NCBI RefSeq assembly: GCF_006345805.1 | Contig: NC_043014.1 | Coordinates: 12,896,001 to 12,960,000 of the forward strand | Direction of reading: 5' to 3' | DNA: 64,000 nt | DNA from: Octopus sinensis | Lineage: Eukaryota | Shown: positions 37,513 through 51,989 of the stretch, in pieces | How the letters are laid out: every line of letters starts with the position of its first letter | Numbering within the stretch: position 1 is the first letter of the stretch | The notes under the pieces: generated by a model | Database searches by the model: none | Seen by the model: only the letters and a program-made list of their open reading frames with translations | Told to the model about the DNA's origin: nothing | Program-made: the position numbers and the translations under genes

Positions 37513-40500
37513 CTTGCGTGTGTATGTACGTAATATGCAACAACTGTTATAATGTCAATTTCATTCCCCTATTGAATAGACAACACGTGTATTTAAAACG
37601 CGCCTATACATACACTCACGCACACACACACATTCTATACATAACAGAGGGAAAAGCGTATTACACAGTCTTGTGAATATTCACATTATAATCAATAATC
37701 TAGATAATATTTATCTTTCCTAATTTTCTTTGGTTTCTTTATTATTTCAACCGCTTAGCCCCCACTCCTCGTCTTATCTCCTCTCTCTATATGTTTATAT
37801 ATGTATAGAGAGAGGGATAGATGTGTGTGTGTGTGTGAGAGCGAGCGTGTAGTATTCGCGCGCGCGTTTATTGGAGACTTGTTAGTATCTCTTGCTTGTC
37901 CTAGTATCGCTTGCTGTTGGCCCATATCAGACTTAATAAATTCAACTTCATCGCATTCAAGCAAGCACAACTGTGTGTTCTAGCATATATATACATGCGA
38001 AGGCTTGGTCGGTCGTTTCATATTTGAAAATCGCTAGTGTAAAAATAGCTAATAAAAGGCTTTTATAAAAAATCTCTGAAAATCTCTATGTGTTAATTTT
38101 GTGTCCTATATTTCTTTACACTCGAGAAATGAAATAAAAGCTACGCAAAAATAATCTTAAAAGAGCATGCATAAATAAATCTATTTAAAATAAAAATAAT
38201 GTTGAGTATTTCTCTCTTTGAACATCTGTTTTTGTTGTTGTTGAAATCGTGCACTTAAGAAGGCCGTTAACCTTAGTATAAATTTAATGCGGAGGGTAAG
38301 TAAATAAACTTCATGTATATATGTATATATTATACACGTGAAAAAAAACAAACTTTTTGACACAGCTACACGTGCAGTAATAAGTATTTGTTTCGTATTT
38401 AAATCATTCACATCGTGAACCATTGTGTACCTCATCCATCTATCTATCTATCCACACACATACATATGCATTTACAAACGTTTATATTTGCATAACTCTT
38501 TACTCTTTTACTTGTTTCAGTCATTTGACTGCGGCCATGCTTGAGCACCGCCTTTAATCGAGCAACTCGACCCCGGGACTTATTCTTTTGTAAGCCCAGT
38601 ACTTATTCTATCGGTCTCTTTTGCCGAACCGCTAAGTAACGGGGAAATAAACACACCAGCATCGGTTGTCAAGCACACACACACACACTATATATATATA
38701 TATATACGACGGGCTTCTTTTTAGTTTCCATCTACCAAATCCACTCACAAGGCTTTGGTCGGCCCGAGGCTATAGTAGAAGACACTTGCCCAAGGTGCCC
38801 CGCAGTGGGACTGAACCCGGAACCATGTGGTTGGTAAACAAGCTTACTACACAGCCACTCCTGTTCAAATTATTATAATTTCTCACCCGTATTATTTAAT
38901 TGCAAGTGTATGCATGAAGTATAAGTTGTGTGACTCTTATTACTATAGTTAGTGAAATATAAATACATATTAGATAGACTGTACTTCCTTCCAGATGGTT
39001 ATTTGAATACTTAAGTGGGTTTTTTAAAAATAATATCGTATTATTTACGATATTTTAAAAAAGAATAGAGGTACTGACAACTTAAACCCTTCGTGTGCAT
39101 TCATTCATGTGGCAACTTGTTCACAACATTGATACTTAACGAACCTCCAACATGTTAGTTATATGACAAACCTGTATGCATTTAAGATGTAAGCATTCGA
39201 GCTTGCACTTTTACAGAAGGATCCATCATCACCGTCAAGTCCTTTACCCATGTTGGTATGGTTGGCTTGTTCAACAGGATACGATAGGTCAGAGGACCTT
39301 GTTATCCCTACTAAAAGTTTTATAATTATCTTTGCTTTAATAAAATAAATTTTCCCGTCGAAAGTGATCCTTCCTGGTTAATTTTGCCTTTCGCTTCCCT
39401 TCAGCATCAATAAACAAACATCAGTAATAAGCATGTGATCGATTCAATCGACCACATTCATTTCATTGGAAAGCTTGATCTTGCATCTAGTTTTTTTTAG
39501 TCAGAAGGGAAGGACACTGCCTTTATACCAATAGTTCTCAACTGGGGTCCATATGGTCCTTGGATGTCCTTATAAGATTTTGTTGTTAAAATGCATGTGT
39601 AATGAATTGCTTATGCTTCAACAATACACAAAATATTAAAATTTTTTTTTTCTTATACAATTCCTAATAATATTTAATTAGGAAAATAGAGCCGGATTTT
39701 GCTTTTTATATACATTGAATAGCTATCTATGAAGGTCCAGTAGAGTAAATAGGAATCAAAGGGGTCCATAGGCAAAAAAAAATGGTTGGGTACCACTGCT
39801 TTACAGGGACCTAAGATTGTTGGAAGGGAGGTGGGAAATGATCATCAAACTTGGAAGCCTGGCATGCTGGATGCTTGCAACAGAGTGGACTCTACTGAAA
39901 GGTACTCAAGTTGTTGGGTGGTGGTGTTGACTCAGATGACAGGTTAAGTCTTTACAACCCAAGTAGGCCAAAGCTGGATCTTCAAAGGGCCAGAACAAAT
40001 ACTGAAAGAATCCAGTCTAACTTTATTAAGATTCCCTCAATCCACTGCCTTGGATTGGTACACCCATTACACTCTTGGAGTGGTTGGTGTTAGGAAGAGC
40101 ATCCAGCTGTAGAAACCATGCCAAAACAGACATGGATCTTGAACAGCCCTTCAGCTGGTCAGCTCCTGTCAAACTATCCAACCTATGCCAGCATGGAAAA
40201 CAGACATTAAGCTTTACACTTGACAGGAATCTGAATGCTTGGGATGAGATGACTTGCCTTTTATCACTCTAGAATTCAGATTTCTCAGTATTGAGTGCAT
40301 ATCTCTTATACTGTGGACTACTCTCAATGGAAATGGAAAAGGATGTTGAAAATTGTGTGTGTATATACAGATATATTTTTATCTTTTACTTGTTTCATTC
40401 ATTGGACTGTGGCCATGCTGGGGCACCGCCTTTGGGGGTTTTATCAAACAAATCAACCCTAGTACATATTTTTAAGTCTGGCATTTAATTATATCAGTCT

Positions 40501-40880
40501 CTGCTGTTGAACTGCTAAGTTATGGAAATATTAAATCAACACTGGTTGTCAAGCAATGGACGGGGGACAAACATGAACGCACGCACACACACACACACAC
40601 ACACAATGGACTTCTACACAGTTTCTGTCTACCAAATTTTCTCATAAGGCACTGGTCAGCCTGGGTCTGTAGTAGATACTTTGCTCAAGGTGCCATGGAG
40701 TGGGATTGAACCACACAACTATACTTACACACATATATATAGGTGCAGGTATGACCATGTGATAAGAAGTTTGCTCTCCCATCACAGTTGTGGGTTCAGT
40801 CCCACTGTGTGATACCTTGGGCTAAGTACAGCCTTGTGAGTGGATTTGGTAGGCAGAAACTGAAAGAAGCCCATGATATG

Positions 40881-42381
40881 CAGGGTGCATAAGATATTTG
40901 AGGACAGATTTATGTTCATAAAAAACATCTATAATAATAGATAATAATGATAAAAAACATTTGAGCGAGGTTGTTGCCAGTGCTGCAGGTGGCATGTAAA
41001 AAACACCATTTGAGCTGACTGATCCTCGTGCCTGTGACACGTAAAAGCACCCACTACACTCTTGGAGTGGTTGGCGTTAGGAAGGGCATCCAGCTGTAGA
41101 AACTCTGCCAGATCAGATTGGAGCCTGGTGCAGCCATATAGTTTGCCGGTCCTCAGTCAAATCGTCCAACCTATGCTGGCATGGAAAGCGGACGTTAAAC
41201 TATGATGATGATGAATTTTATTTATCAAAAAAATGCTAAGAGGATAAAAATAAACCTTCTTTTCTTTAGTGTTATTCAATAAAGCCACCTTTAGCTTCAA
41301 CAATTGTTTCTATATGAGATCTAAATCATCTACATGCTCGAATAAAGTGGTCCTGGTTCATTCTGGACATTGCCTATGGCAGCTTTTGAAGAATCTTTGG
41401 TGTTATGGGCATGTTCATTGCTCTCATTCTCAACAACGCTCTGCATGTATTAGTCCAATGGATTGAGATCTGGGGAATTAGGAGGCCAAATATTAGGGGT
41501 TATGTAATCATGAAAATTTTTAGCCATCCATTTCTGTTACTAGAGCCATGTGTGATAGTGCAGTCTTACTGAAACACAAATGGCTTTCCATTGTCTATCC
41601 GGGGCTTAATAGTTATTTCCAGGACCTCAATGTAGGCAGCAGAGTTAACTCTAAGGCCTTGTGGAAAGAAGTAAAGAAACATCACATGTCCTTCATTGCT
41701 GACAACTCCTAAAACCATGACAGTTGCGGGAAATTTTGTATGCATAACACTTGGGACTTCAGCAGGGTCTGCATATAACCATCTGCCATTTCTTCTGTTA
41801 ACTTTTTTGATCTTGATTGAAGTTTTCTTGTTTTGAGAAAAACCAAAATCGAATCTTTTGCTGGATTTTTCAGTTTGTTTAAGAGCCTTTTAGTTCTGAT
41901 GTAGTGATTTTCTTTTGCTTTTTCTGACAAATTGACCTTTCCTCATCGTATAAGACTTCTATCTGATGTCTTCGTGGACGACATTTCTGACTGTTCCTTC
42001 TGACACATGAAGATCTTTTGCAATTGATCTTATGGACTTTCTGGGATTGTAATCAATGGTCTGTTGAACTTGCTGGATAAATTCAGGTGTTCTGATGATT
42101 TCAGAGCGTTTAGAATGTTTTTTATGCTTTGATACTGGTGGTACATTTCCATCTTCAGTCTCTAACTCCTTACAAACTTTGTAAACGAAAGATCTGGCAA
42201 CTTTTAAAAATCGAGATATTTTTAACTTGCTATGCTCAACCACAATAATAGCATGCCTTTTCATTTCTTGAGTAAGTTGCTTAACTGCTATTATTATTTT
42301 CTGAAACAAATATACAGAGTGAGCAAAAAATGCAGCAATGACCCCAAAAAAGCTATGTCCTCAAATACCTTACGCACTCTG
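40881..42381 (-). mobile_element. maT (DD37D)-like Tc1/mariner element, degenerate but with both ends, nested in SINE A
   Basis: TIRs CAGGGTGCATAAGATATTTGAGGACA / TGTCCTCAAATACCTTACGCACTCTG; helix-turn-helix ORF 41959-42309; WPPNSPDLNPLD motif at ~41452-41490; family C insertion at 40958-41214. Confidence 0.85.
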
Positions 42382-44789
42382 TATGTGTGCAAGTCTTTGT
42401 GTTTATATCACCATAACTTAGCAGTTCGACAAGAGTCCAATAAAATAACTATTGGACTTCAAAAATAAAAGGACTGGATTCGATTCGTTTGGCCACAGAG
42501 CAAAGAATGAAACAAGTAAAAGAATACAAGAATAAAGGAATATATCTAAAAACTTCAGTCAGCCCTGTCTGTGTATTCCAACTGTAACTGTCATGTCTTC
42601 AGATTTATCAAGACTGGTAAATCTATCGTGTCTTTTTTTTTTTTAAGGGAGATTTGGCTGTTCTTTTTAGTAAGTTGATTGCTCCCTTCTGTTACTAAAG
42701 TGGTTAGATTAGAAAGTCTCAACAGTAAATAATATTCAGTGTGTGTTTTACCAAGTAATAATGTTTAACATATCTTTAGCTTTTACTTGTTTCAGTCATT
42801 GACCATGCTGGAGTACCACCCCTTTGAAAGGGTTTTTGTCAAATAGACTACAGAATGTATTTTTAAAGTCTCTTACTCTTTTGTTGAAGTGCTAAGTTTT
42901 GGAGACTATGAACAAACTGACATTGCTTGACTACTGGTGGTGGGGGACAAACACAATACATACATATACATAACTCTGGGATGAGGTGGTGAAGCATGAT
43001 CTTTGAATGTTGGGCCTTACAGAGGCAGTTGTAAGTGATTGAGATCTTTAGTGATATGCTGTGCTTGAAAGGACCTGTCAAGCCAAGTGAAACCATAGTT
43101 GTGGCTGATACCAGTATCATGTAACAGGTACTCGTGCTGGTGGTGCATAAAATGCAACCATCGAATGTCAGGCCTCACGGAGTTGATAGGTAATCGAGAC
43201 CTTTGGCCATATGCCGTGTTGAGAAGACTCGTCAAGCCAAGTGAAATCATAGTTGTGGCTGACGTCGGTTAGGGTTAGGCACCTGTGCCGGTGGCATGTA
43301 AAAAGCACCCATTACACTCTTGGAGTGGTTGGTGTTAGGAAGGGCATTCAGCAGTAGAAACCATCCCAAATCAAACTGGAACCTGGTGCAGCTCTCCAGC
43401 TTACCAGTTCCAGTCAAACCATCTAATCCATACCAGCATGGAAAGCAGACAGTAAATAATGATGATGATGATACACGCACATGTATACTTAAGATGGGCT
43501 GATTTCAGTTTCCAATCTACCAAATTTATTCACAGGGCATTGGTCAACCCAAGGAGCTATGCAATGTTACTGAACCCAAGATCATGTGGTTGGGAAGCAA
43601 ACCTCTTAACCTCACATCCATGCCTGCACCTGTATATATATACATATATACAGGCATACACGCACGCGCGCACACACACATAGATATGTACACATCATCA
43701 TCGTTTAGTGCCCGCCTTCCATGCTAGCATGGGTTGGACGGTTCAACTTGGGTCTGGGGAGCCAGAAGGCTGTACCAGGCCCAGTCTGATCTGGCAATGT
43801 TTCTACGGCTGGATGCCCTTCCTAACGCCAACCACTCCATGAGTGTAGTGGGTGCTTTTCACGTGCCAGACGAGGCTGGCAAACGGCCACGATCGGATGG
43901 TGCTTTTAACGTGCCACCGATTTTGCCTATGCTATTTCTTTTCAAATAGTTTTGAGATTTTAATTTTTTTAATAGATGTGAATCCCTTCACTTCATAATT
44001 TGATCTTTCCCACAGAAGCAAAGCTTGCTACACATCTCAAAGGCAGAAGTATAAGTAATTTTGTGTTAAGAAGCTTAACAGTAGAAAAGGTTATAAAGTT
44101 GGATCTTATTTATGAATATCATGTTTTCCAAAATCCTTTTGAGGCGTGTTATTGTTTTGAATATGTTAGTTAAAATTTCAATAGTTTATTCCTCCTGCAA
44201 GGTGGCAAGCTGGCAGAATCGTTTCTGAGCTGGGCAAAATACAAAGCAGCATTTCATCCATCATTCCATTGAGGTTAACTTTGCCTTTCATCCTTTTGGG
44301 GTTGATGAAATAAGTATCATTTGAAGACTGGAGCTGATGTAATCAACTTACTCCCTCTCTTGAGCTTGCTGGCCTTGTGCCAAAATTTGAAATCAGTCTT
44401 TTATTCCTCCTGTTTATATGTCCATCTTCAAATTGGATATTGGTAAAATAGTTTCCACAAATTTAAATATTTGTATGTTTGACTAATTGATTTTTAAGCT
44501 GGATGTTATTCAGAATAGTGACTGTTGTCGTTGTTAACATCTAGTTTTTCATGCTTGTATGGGTCAGACAGAATTTGTCGACAGATTTCCTACGGCTGAA
44601 TGCCCATCCTGTTGTCAACCCACACCTGGTTCAAAGTGAAGTTTATATTTCCCCGTGACCAGGTGTGTCTTGGAAGACTGGAAACAAAGGATGCTAGTTG
44701 CATGACGGTGACACTTGCATACAACTATTACACATCATGTGAAGACAAGGTTACAATAACACACAGACGGTTACAGTGAGGTTTCTTTC

Positions 44790-45735
44790 ATTTTCTGCTC
44801 ATAAGGCTTTGGTCGGAGGCTTTAGCAGAAGACACTTGCCCAAGGTACCACAATGGAATTGAACCCAAAATCATGTGATCGAGAGCAAGCGTCTTTGCCT
44901 ACAGCTATGGCTGTTGCTTGTCAGATAAACTGACTCAGACTGAATTATGTTGTCATTGTTTGTAGTGAATAAGTATGGGAATCGACTAGCTTCAGCTTAC
45001 CTAGCTGACAACATTCTTCATTTAGCAGTTAGTAATGTTGTGTTTATAAAACCCTGCGTTTGTATTTCAATAACTGCTTTCCAGTCCTAAGTATCTTATG
45101 CGGCACACGGGGCATATTTCCCTTCACCCATGCATCATATGTGATATACATTCCCAGTTTTTCTTAACCACCAGAGTAACTTGGGACTTATGAAAATGAA
45201 AGCTTTATATTGCTCAGAATATATGAAATAAGGTCTAACTAAAATCCTGAAAACAAGTGTGGACATACAGGACAAACTAGGTAAAGACATTCTCAGAGAG
45301 GGTAGCAAGTTGCTTCAGTTTCTGCTCACAAGGCTTTGGTCTGCCGAGGGCTATAGCAAAAGAGGTGCCCCAGGTGCCACAGTGGGATTAGACCCAAAAT
45401 CGTGATCAGGAGGCAGGTATCTTAGCCTGCAGTCATGCCTGTTGCCTATCAGATAAACTCAAACTGAATTGGATTGTTACTATGTTAGCAGTGAATCAAT
45501 GGAAGATACAGGAATCTACTAGCTTTGGTTTGCCTGACAACATTCTTCATATACAAACTAAAAACCTGAAAACAAGTTTGGACATTTAGGACAAACTTAT
45601 GAAATTGTATTGGACAGGCAAAAGGTCATATGAATCTCAGTAGGAATTTTGTTTCTAGATAAAATGCATTTTCTTGCTGGCTTCAGTTAACTGCAAATAT
45701 GTACCAAACTAGGTAAAGACACTCTGAGATAGGGT
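44790..45735. repeat. Old diverged tandem duplication (~530 bp)
   Basis: A SINE fragment plus flanking unique sequence (TCAGATAAACT...CTGACAACATTCTTCAT...CCTGAAAACAAG) recurs at ~44790 and ~45318. Confidence 0.7.
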
Positions 45736-48700
45736 TTGTTGCACTTTGATCCTTTAGCCATATCTCGTCCCAAAATTCTAGCTGTTTTCTGTTTAAACCA
45801 GCCACATCCTGCCTTTGCACCTACTCTACAATGTTGTTCTAAATATAAAATCACATTACCAAAACCTTGAAGCTGTGAGATAATTCTTTTATTCTTTTAC
45901 TTGTTTGTCATTTGACTGGCCATACTGGAGCACTGCCTTGAAGGTTTTAATTGAACAAATCGACCCCAGGACTTAGTACTTATTCTATTGGTTCCCTTTG
46001 CTGTACTGCTAAGTTATGGGAATGTAAACACACCAACACCAGTTGTCAAGTGGTGATGGAGAGACAAACACTGACATATACACACATATATGTATATATA
46101 ATATATTACAGGCTTCTTTCAGTTTCTGTCTACCAAATCCACTCAAGGCTTTGGTTGGCCTGATGCTATAGAAGACACTTGTCCAAGGTGACACACAGTG
46201 GGACCGAATCCAGAACCATGTGATTGGGAAGCAAGCTTCTTACCACATAGCCACTCCTGTGCCTAATGCATGGTTAATTCAAAACAATGTGGATAAACAA
46301 GCATTAAATTTAACAATGATCTGAATGCTGAAGGGTTAATCATCTCTATTGGGTCCTACAAAATACATCACAGGCTGTCCTGTTTATTAGCATGACAGAC
46401 TTGTGGGACTTTTTATCTACTGACTTGGCTACGTTGCTCCACTAGATAAAACTGTCGACCTTGTTGAACTGTTAGGATCATTGAACAGTGTTAATGTGGA
46501 TTTAGAAATATCTTTGAAATCATTAATTAAATACAAGGTCTAATATACAGAATTAGGAAGAGGTAGTAACTTCAAGGATATTAGGTTAAAACCCTTTGGA
46601 TACCAACCTGCCCAATGCTGCCTCAGCTTCTATGTACTTCTGTACAAAGTGATCTAAATTAAAATTTTATGTTAATAAAAGCACCCACTACACTCACGGA
46701 GTGGTTGGCGTTAGGAAGGGCATCCAGCCGTAGAAACATTGCCAGATCAGACTGGGCCTGGTGCAGCCTTCTGGCTTCCCAGACCCCAGTTGTACCGTCC
46801 AACCCATGCTAGCATGGAAAGCGGATGCTAAACGATGATGATGATGATGAATTTATGTTCCAATTTCCAGCTTAATAATGACTAAGATGGCTGTGTGGTT
46901 AAATGTTTGCTTCTCAACCACATGTTCCTGGGTTCAGTCTCACTGCATGGCACCTTGGGCAAGTGTCAGTGGATTTGGCAGATGGAAAGAGAAAGAAGCC
47001 TATTGTGTGTGCATGGCTTTTGTTTGTGCTTCACTGCTTGACTACCAGTGTTGTCTTGCTTACGTACCTGTAACTTAGCAGTTCAGCAAAAGAGACTGAT
47101 AGATTAAGTATCAGGCTTGAAAATAGAAGCAATGCCAACATTTAAGTACTGGAGTGAATTTGTTTGACTAAACCCTTCAAGTCAGTACCCCACCATGGCC
47201 AAAGTCTAATGACTTAAGTAAAAAAAGATATCTAATTTGTTTTGAGAAATGAAGCCAATTTAACTTTCAGCTTTTATCTATTCTAGTTAAAATAACAAAA
47301 CAAAAAAAAAACACTTGAATGACTGATAAGATATATGCACTCCATTACATTGTCTAGTAATAACCCTCTTAGTTTTAATGTCCATATTTCCATGCTGGTA
47401 GGGTTGAATAGATACGAAGTGTGAGGCACAGTATCCTGAGATTTGATCTCATCAGTTCATTCTACTATACTTTTTCAAATCATCTCTTTTTGCAAGCTTC
47501 AGTCGTTTCTCATAAAGCATAGCTGTCCATTTGTGCCCATTCTCTTATGCAAACCAACATTACAAATGCTTTGTTCTTATCTGGAGTTAATATACAAACT
47601 GGGTATACAACAAAAGGAGTGGCTATGTGGTAAGTAGCTTGCTTACCAACCACATGGTTCTGGGTTTAGTCCCACTGCGTGGAACCTTGGGCAAGTGTCT
47701 TCTACTATAGCCTCGGGCTGACCAAAGCCTTGTGAGTGGATTTGGTTGATGGAAACTGAAAGAAGCCCGTCGTATATATGTTTGTGTGTCTGTGTTTTTT
47801 TTCCCCAACATCGCTTGATAACCGATGCTGGTGTGTTTACGTCCCTGTAACTTAGCTGTTCAGCAAAAGAGACCGATAGAATAAGTACTAGGCTTACAAA
47901 GAATAAGTCCTGGGGTCGATTTGCTTGACTGAAGGCGGTGCTCCAGCATGGCCGCAGTCAAATGACTGAAGCAAGTAAAAGAAAGTAAAAGAATTGTATG
48001 TATGTATATGAATTGTTATGCACGTGTGTATGAATCTATTTCATTTTATAGTTTTCTTTAGAATTGTGCACATTTATTAAATTTTCAGTGTTGAATTAAG
48101 ATGCATATAAAGCAGGTGAACCATGAAGGTAAAATAGTGCAAAGCATTGTGTAAAGTAAACTACATACATAAAAGTGAAATTAATTCACACAGAAAAACA
48201 CACACAGTCACTTTTAATAGTGCACAACGTCTGAATTTGTCATTGGAATGAGGGAAATTTGTAAAACTAGTTTTTATAAAAGTCAAATTATACAATAGGT
48301 GCGAGTATGGTTTTGTGGTAAGAAGTTGTAAAGTTTTGGTAAATATTTAATTAAGAACCAATTCGCGGGTTTATTTTTTTGTTCCCCTTTTCCAGATTAT
48401 TTTCCATGCTTTCAACGAATCTCACATTTTCCTCGTCTTGATGTTTGCAGAGCGAAATATCAGTGGGTCCTTTATTGCAAATAACTGTTACATGGTAGCA
48501 GGGCGTGCTAAAAATAGCAGCCAAATTTTTCCTTTTCTAGGTAATTTACACGTAATTTTGATGTCACATTCGTTGAAAGCATGCGAAATAACCTGGGAAA
48601 GAAAAAAAAAACCTGCAAAACAAAAGTCCATCGCTGGGAAACTCCCAGGTCCCCACTACCCCTCCCTTCTTTCTTTTCTGGAAAAGAGTGGCCTGCAGCA

Positions 48701-49029
48701 AGATTGGTGGTCAGATATGTTGAATACGCTTGAAAAACCCTGTAGAAAAACATTATTTCACACCGAGGCACAAAAGGGTCCTTTATGGAATATTTACTGA
48801 ACTTTGCTTCTCAACCACTGCATGGTGCCTTTGACAAGTATCTTTTACTGTAGCCCTGGACTGACCAAAACCTTCATCATCATTGTCATCCTTTAATGTT
48901 TGCTTTCTATGCTGGCATGGGTTGGACAGTTGGACCAGAGCTGGCAAGCCAGAGAGTTGTATCAGGTTCCAGTCTGATTTGGCTTTGTTTCTATGGCTGA
49001 ATGCCCTTCCTAACGCCAACCACTTCACT

Positions 49030-49282
49030 TCAGGGTTGGCGAAAGCGATGTGGTGGACAACGAAAAACCTGGCTGATGACAGTCAAGGTTGATCTGGAAC
49101 CCAACCTAGGCCCCCATATCTACGGCGTTTGCCGCTGGAATAAGGAGTGGTTGGAGATCACACGGTCGTTAGCCTCAAATCGCCAGGTCTGATCGGCATT
49201 TGTGAGAGATGCAGCATTGAGGATGAATGAAGCCAGCTCAACCCACCCTGGGTGAATGCTGTCTCAAGACAAGACAAGAAGA
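49030..49282 (+). mobile_element. RTE-clade LINE 3' end with (CAAGA)n tail, inside a family C copy
   Basis: GWRKRCGGQRKTW...RWNKEWLEITRSLASNR; possible TSD ACTTCACT. Confidence 0.65.
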
Positions 49283-49951
49283 CTTCACTGTGTGCCGGGT
49301 GTTTTTATTATGGCACTGCATGAGTGCTTGAATGTGGTACTGACAGGAGTACTTTTTACGTGGCACCAGTGTGTGGATTTAATAGACAGGAACTGAAAGA
49401 TGCCTATCATATATATACTTGTGTGTGGGTGTGTCTTTGTGTTTGCCCCTGCTTCACTGCTCGATAACCAGTGTTGGTTTTTTTTGTTTCCATAATTAGT
49501 ATTTTGACAATTGAGATTGCTGGAATAAACACTGGGGGGGGGGGGCAATTTGTCTGATTAATTCTTTGAAGCTGGTGCCCCAGCATGGGCACAGTCCAAT
49601 GCCTGAAACAAGTAAAAAATAAAGAATATTCTAAGGCAAACTTATAAAGTGTTCCACTCTACATAATGCAACCTTGCAGAAATACACTGGAAAGTCATTG
49701 ACTCTCACCAGAAGCTTCCTGTTTCTGCTGTTGGCATGTATGGCACAATTTTATGTGACTCTCTCTCTCTCTTTACTTGTTTCAGTCATTTGACTGCGGC
49801 CTTTAATCGAGCAACTCGACCCCGGGACTTATTCTTTTGTAAGCCCAGTACTTATTCTATCGGTCTCTTTTGCCGAACTGCTAAGTAACGGGGACGTAAA
49901 CACACCAGCATCTGTTGTCAAGCAATGCTAGAGGGACAAACACACGCATGC

Positions 49952-49982
<31 letters not shown>

Positions 49983-50824
49983 TACAATGGGCTTCTTTCA
50001 GTTTCTGTCTACCAAATCCACTCACAAGGCTTTGGTCTGCCCGAGGCTATAGTAGAAGACACTTGCCCAAGGTGCCATGCAGTGGGACTGAATCCGGAAC
50101 CATGTGGTTGGTAAACAAGCTACTTACCACACAGCCACTCCTGCGCCTATAGCCACATTGACTATCAATGTTTTTCTGTTTTATGGAGATAAGTTGAATT
50201 AAGAGGCTTAGCCCACCTGGTAGACTTTTGCTTTGCTCCCAACAGTCTTATTTTACTTGTTTCTGCTTAGTCCGTGGCCATACTGGAGCACTGTCTTGAA
50301 TTTTTAATTGAATGTATGAACACCAGTACTTCTTTGTTTTCTTTCTTTTTTAAAGGCCTCATACTTATTCTGTTCTATTTTGTCAAACTACTAAGTTATG
50401 TGGATGTAAACACACCAGCACTGGTTGTCAAGAGGCGGTGGGGGGATTAGCACAGATACATACACCGATACGTGTGTATGTGTGTGTATATGTATATATA
50501 TATGTATATATGACTGGTTTCTTTCAGTTTCTCTCTGCCAAATCCACTCATAAGGTTTTGCTTGGGCCACAGCTATAGCAGTAGACACTTGCCCAAGGTA
50601 CCATACTGTGGGAGTGAACCTGGAACCATGTGGTTGGGAAGCAGACTTCTTCCCAACACAGCCATGCATATTTTTTTTGTACTTTTTAATAAAGAATAAC
50701 CTGTTCTCAATTGCACTGCTACATCTGCTCGGAACTCTTAGCCATTACATCATTTTTGAGTCCATCTTGATGTAGTATATGGTAAAAATGCTTTCACATT
50801 GTTTATATTTACTATATAACAAAC

Positions 50825-51108
50825 TGTGGAGGCGCAATGGCCTAGTGGTTAGGGCAGCGGACTCGCGGTCGCAGGATCGCGGTTTCGATTCCCAGACCGG
50901 GCGTTGTGTTTATTGAGCGAAAACACTTAAAAGTTGGACGAGGCTCCGGCAGGGGGTGGTGATCCCTACTGTACTCTTTCACCACTCTTTCTTCTGTTGG
51001 CCTGCTCACTTAGCCAGCGGGATGGCGTCATTCGAAGGCTAAAACAATGTGAACGCATTGTGACCAGCGATGTGTAACAACATCTGATGGTCTGGTTGGT
51101 CACGTGAT
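50825..51108 (+). mobile_element. tRNA-derived SINE, additional family
   Basis: A box TGGCCTAGTGG, B box GGTTTCGATTCCC, ends TGGTCACGTGAT. Confidence 0.75.
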
Positions 51109-51183
51109 ATTATACAAACTAGGTATTGCCTCCGCTTATTACCCAGCCTACCAACTGTGTAATAACTCTTCCTCCAGTACCGC

Positions 51184-51592
51184 TGACCGTAGTCTCCTTT
51201 AGAGAGAATTAGAAATAATGATATTTCTATTTTTGAAAACCAGTGGATGTATTCTACTGAATTTAGGTAAATAATCCTTCGAACAGTTGGTTAGCAGTGA
51301 TGCCTGCTGGGTTCGGCTACTCCACATTGATAAGAGGCAACCACCCCGAAACTAGTCTGTGGATGCCAGACCAGCAAAGGGAAGCTGCTGACCTCCCCTG
51401 TTCGAAGGTTATAATGGACACAGGTTTGTGTGTCACATAGCTAGTTAGAGGCAATGGCCTCTTGGAGCTGATCAACAACAGCATTCGTCCTATTTTTCTG
51501 GACTGCCGTGTTAGTTTGGCGATTACTATTAATATTCAGTACTGCTGCTGTAGTTTCCTTTAGAGAGAATTAGAAATAATGATATTTCTATC
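51184..51592 (+). mobile_element. Direct-repeat-flanked unit with a degenerate hammerhead (Penelope/retrozyme-like)
   Basis: ~45-bp direct repeats containing CCTTTAGAGAGAATTAGAAATAATGATATTTCTAT; TCCACA-TTGATAA-GAGG(caacca)CCCC-GAAA-CTAGTC-TGTGGA at 51321-51363. Confidence 0.65.
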
Positions 51593-51989
51593 TCATTCAT
51601 TCTACATCAAAGTTTCTTGACCATTTTGTTACCTCTGGACCTCTTTCATTTTACTGTTTTACTCCAAGCCATTCACTGTTAAAAAATTATATTATATTTT
51701 TCTGATTAAATATTAAGAACTGTATAAAAAAAAAATTCTTAAAATATTTAGTGTGTTGCAGAAGTATAATCAATTTTATGCAGAGAAATTTCCCTCATTT
51801 CTCTATATGTGATGTGCATTACATAGCCTGAGTATTAAGTTGAGGCGTAAGAATTTAGGAAGAACTATTTAAATTCGGTTTGAGAAATGTTGATACATAA
51901 ACAGATGTGTTACAGATAAATTCAGCAATGGAGAAAGATATTGTTAAAATAGTTTGTTAAAATAGTATATATATAATTTTATATTGCAG

